Notes under the pieces: generated by a model
Databases searched by the model: none
What the model saw: the letters and a program-made list of their open reading frames with translations, nothing else
What the model was told of the DNA's origin: nothing
Shown: one piece after another, positions 61,357-64,000 of the stretch
Layout of the letters: the number at the start of each line of letters is the position of its first letter
How positions within the stretch are numbered: position 1 is the stretch's first letter
Made by a program: the position numbers and the translations under genes
Assembly (NCBI GenBank): GCA_046074845.1
Contig: JBJTOY010000062.1
Location: 2,733 to 66,732, forward strand
DNA: 64,000 bases
Direction: 5' to 3'
From: Actinomycetes bacterium
GTDB taxonomy: Bacteria > Actinomycetota > Acidimicrobiia > IMCC26256

Positions 61357-62100
61357 ATGGACCCGCAGACCCTCCTCGACGCCTTCGACGCCGCCGCCGC
61401 GGCGGTGGGCACGGCGCTCGCCGAGGTGCGAGGGGTCGACCGGCGGGCCCGGACCGAGCGTCCGGGCCAGTACGCGATCGACCTGCTGGCCGACGACGCC
61501 GCGCTGGGCGTGCTCCACGACCTCCCGATCGCGGTGGTGAGTGAGGAGTCGGGGATCAGCGGTGACCGCAGCGCCCCGATCGTCGTGGTGGTCGATCCGA
61601 TCGACGGTTCGAGCAACGCCGCCCGCGACCTGCCGTACTGGGCGACCTCACTGTGCGCCATGGACGCGGGCGGCCCGCTCGCCGCGCTCGTGGTGAACCA
61701 GGCCACGGGGGTCGCCCACCGGGCGATCCGGGGCGAGGGCGCGTTCCGGGACGGCGTCCGGATGCGGGCCAGTGCGACCGAACGGATCGAGGACTCGGTG
61801 GTCGCGCTGTCCGGTCTGCCCCGGCTGATCCTGCCGTGGAAGCAGTTCCGGGTCCTCGGCAGCGCCGCGCTCGCGCTGTGCGACGTGGCCGCCGGAGCCG
61901 TCGACGGCTTCCTCGACGTGTCCTCGTGGCACGCGCCCTGGGACTACCTCGGCGGAGTGCTCATGTGCACCGAGGCCGGCGCGACGGTCGCGGACGCGCA
62001 GGGCCGCGCGCTCGACACGGCCGACACGTCGGCCCGACGCCAGGTGCTGGCCGCGGGCACCGGATCGCTCTACGACGCGCTGCTGCGAGCGGCGACGTGA
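61357..62100 (+). CDS. Inositol monophosphatase/FBPase-family protein
   Basis: VSEESG, DPIDGSSN, GSAAL, WDY.GG. Confidence 0.9.
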   Translation: MDPQTLLDAFDAAAAAVGTALAEVRGVDRRARTERPGQYAIDLLADDAALGVLHDLPIAVVSEESGISGDRSAPIVVVVDPIDGSSNAARDLPYWATSLCAMDAGGPLAALVVNQATGVAHRAIRGEGAFRDGVRMRASATERIEDSVVALSGLPRLILPWKQFRVLGSAALALCDVAAGAVDGFLDVSSWHAPWDYLGGVLMCTEAGATVADAQGRALDTADTSARRQVLAAGTGSLYDALLRAAT

Positions 62101-62894
62101 GCGGGCTCGACCTCCCGGCGCTGCGGGCCGCGGCCGAGGCCGCGGCGCGTGCGGGGGGTGCGGTCATCCTCGAGTCCTTCGACACGCCGCCGAACGTGCG
62201 GGAGAAGTCCCAGGGGGACTGGGTCACGGACGCGGACATGGAGAGCGAGCGGACGGTGCGGCGGGTGCTCGCCGACCTCGCCCCGGGGATCCCGGTGCAC
62301 GGCGAGGAGGAGGGCGGTGACCGCGATGCCGCCCTGCACTGGCTCGTCGACCCGCTCGACGGCACGGCGAACTTCGTCCACGGCCACCCGGCGGTCGGAT
62401 GCTCGGTCGGCCTCGTGGCCGAGGGTCGTCCGGTGGTCGGGGTGGTGCACGCGCCGATGCTCCACCAGACCTACGCGGCCGCGCTCGGTGCAGGTGCGAC
62501 CCGCAACGGCGTCCCGCTGTCGGTCAGTGACCGTCCGTTCCCCCGGGGCATCATCGCCACCGGGTTCCCGTTCCGGCGCAAGGACCTGTCGGCCACCTAC
62601 CTCGCAGCGTTCGGGCGTGTGCACGCCGCGGCCGAGGACCTCCGGCGGTGCGGGGCGGCGAGCCTCGACCTCTGCTGGACGGCCGCCGGGGTCTTCGACG
62701 GGTACTTCGAGCTCGGCCTCGGCTCCTGGGACGTGGCCGCCGGAGGTCTCATCGTGCGGGAGGCCGGGGGCCGGGTCACCGACTGGTTCGGGGACGAGGA
62801 CGACTGGCTCCGCACCGGCGACGTCGTCGCCGCCGCGCCCCAGGTCCACGGGCCGCTCCGGGCCGCCATCGGCGAGGCCCACTCGACCCGCTGA
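62097..62894 (+). CDS. Inositol monophosphatase family protein (SuhB-like)
   Basis: VTDAD..SE, GEEEG, DPLDGTANF, WDVAAG. Confidence 0.92.
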   Translation: MSGLDLPALRAAAEAAARAGGAVILESFDTPPNVREKSQGDWVTDADMESERTVRRVLADLAPGIPVHGEEEGGDRDAALHWLVDPLDGTANFVHGHPAVGCSVGLVAEGRPVVGVVHAPMLHQTYAAALGAGATRNGVPLSVSDRPFPRGIIATGFPFRRKDLSATYLAAFGRVHAAAEDLRRCGAASLDLCWTAAGVFDGYFELGLGSWDVAAGGLIVREAGGRVTDWFGDEDDWLRTGDVVAAAPQVHGPLRAAIGEAHSTR

Positions 62895-63042
62895 CGCCCC
62901 GGGATCCGGGCCCCGGATCGGGGCGGGCCCTCGCCCTGCGGTTATTCGCTTGCGCCGGGTGCCGGTACTCTGGTTCCCTGTCACCCGGTGGTCGCCGAAC
63001 CCGGCACCACCACCAACCACCGTCCGAGGGAACCACACCGAG

Positions 63043-63216
63043 ATGTTCGCCCTGCAGCACGCCGAGACCACGGCCCACGCCGTGACCGCGCGCGCCTGCT
63101 CGGCGCACCTCGCCGGTGCGACGCGCACGGTCGTCGCGTGGTCGAAGTCCTACGCCATCCCGGCGAACTTCGGCACGAAGCCGACCCCACCCCGACGGCC
63201 CTCGGTGCCCGCCTAA
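63043..63216 (+). CDS. Leader peptide (uORF, 57 aa) of whiB7
   Basis: ATG preceded by GAGGGA. Ends 26 nt before a terminator-like hairpin. Its 3' end is complementary to that hairpin. Confidence 0.65.
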   Translation: MFALQHAETTAHAVTARACSAHLAGATRTVVAWSKSYAIPANFGTKPTPPRRPSVPA

Positions 63217-63242
63217 CCGGCGAGCGACCACACCGAACACCC

Positions 63243-63280
63243 AAGGCCGTCGGGGGAATCCCCGGCGGCCTTCTCGCGTT
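63243..63280 (+). terminator. Attenuator terminator upstream of whiB7
   Basis: AAGGCCGTCGGGG-GAAT-CCCCGGCGGCCTT followed by CTCGCGTT. Confidence 0.75.
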
Positions 63281-63344
63281 GGTCCCGGTCCCCCTCGAAC
63301 CACGAACCCACGATCCACCCGACACCCGAGACAGGAGCGACACC

Positions 63345-63689
63345 ATGCAGGCGATCACGAACCCCCAGATCCTCGAGCCGGAGGCCTGGCGAGCCGAGGC
63401 GAAGTGCGCCTCGGGCAGCCCGGAGGCGGTCCAGTTGTTCTTCTCGGAGCAGCTCGACGACATCGCCCGGGCCCGGCAGTTCTGCCAGGACTGCCCGGTG
63501 CGGGAGCCGTGCCTCGCGGCGGCGATGCGTCGGCGCGAGCCGTGGGGCGTCTGGGGAGGGGAGCTGTTCGCGAACGGCAAGGTCCTCGCCCAGAAGCGCA
63601 ACCGTGGGCGGCCACCGAAGGTGGCGCCGGCGCAGTTCCTCCCGGCGGAGATCAGGCCCCAGGACGTGCTCGAGGCGCGCACGGCCTGA
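63345..63689 (+). CDS. whiB7: WhiB7/WblC transcriptional activator
   Basis: Four Cys (C..CQDC..C), EPWGVWGGE, AT-hook KRNRGRPPK. AGGAG RBS. Confidence 0.9.
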   Translation: MQAITNPQILEPEAWRAEAKCASGSPEAVQLFFSEQLDDIARARQFCQDCPVREPCLAAAMRRREPWGVWGGELFANGKVLAQKRNRGRPPKVAPAQFLPAEIRPQDVLEARTA

Positions 63690-63718
63690 CAGCGAGGCCC
63701 GCCGGTGGCCGCGATGAT

Positions 63719-63790
63719 GGCGGGTCGGGGTGACGGATACGGCACGGGGCAGATCCCCCCGGATGCCCCGAAGCCGAGCCCCGACCCGCC
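63719..63790. other. Long hairpin with C6 apical loop
   Basis: GGCGGGTCGGGG/CCCCGACCCGCC (12 bp), inner CGGGGCA/TGCCCCG, loop GATCCCCCCGGA. Confidence 0.6.
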
Positions 63791-63875
63791 CGCGGTGCCC
63801 GGGCCCGAGACGTATCGGCACTCCGAGTGCCAGAATGCGCCGGCCCCGCTCGCTCCGCACTCGAGGACCACCACG

Positions 63876-64000
63876 ATGACGGCACCGCTCTCCCTCGTCG
63901 GCACCTACGGCTCGCCGTACTCGCTCAAGATGCGGGCGGTGCTCCGGTACCGGCGGATCCCCTTCACCTGGGTGCTCCAGAACACCCCGGGACAGTTCGC
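63876..64000 (+). CDS. Glutathione S-transferase-like protein, N-terminus (partial)
   Basis: [30 protein letters not shown] fits the GST N-terminal SPYS.K motif. GAGGA RBS. Confidence 0.75.
   Translation, partial: MTAPLSLVGTYGSPYSLKMRAVLRYRRIPFTWVLQNTPGQF

Noticed and set aside
63815-63833. Second CIRCE-like element TCGGCACTC-C-GAGTGCCAG
   Set aside because: The half-sites resemble CIRCE, but the spacer is 1 nt rather than the required 9. Kept only as a generic palindrome.

Overview
A very GC-rich, gene-dense chromosomal segment. Gene content and order suggest an actinobacterium, most likely Acidimicrobiia-like (inference). It is almost entirely core genome: obgE(3' end)-proB-proA, a MoxR/VWA pair, photolyase, nadD-rsfS, a stand-alone hisHF pair, tRNA-Ala, leuS, comEA-comEC-holA, rpsT, lepA, a SigK/RskA-like ECF pair, hemW-hrcA-dnaJ-rsmE-bldD-phoH-ybeY-CNNM-era, a caa3-type cytochrome oxidase operon ending in two cupredoxins, uppS-recO-glyQS, ppdK, dgt-dnaG-rpoD, tRNA-Asn and tRNA-Ile2, a modular S8 protease, a mobA-fdhD-FdhF/YdeP molybdoenzyme cluster, two inositol-monophosphatase-family genes and a uORF-attenuated whiB7/wblC. 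I found no CRISPR array, transposase, integrase or prophage. The most notable signals are: (1) a structured ~110-nt candidate sRNA with its own promoter and a G6 bulge between proB and proA; (2) a C6-loop hairpin after whiB7 that is complementary to G-tracts in several structured leaders; (3) a complete uORF/antiterminator/terminator switch before whiB7; (4) a HisF whose second catalytic Asp is replaced by Gln; (5) a BldD with an intact c-di-GMP motif inside the heat-shock cluster; (6) the oxidase-linked cupredoxin pair; (7) pervasive leaderless-type promoters. All calls come from motif recognition by eye; no database search or folding was run.
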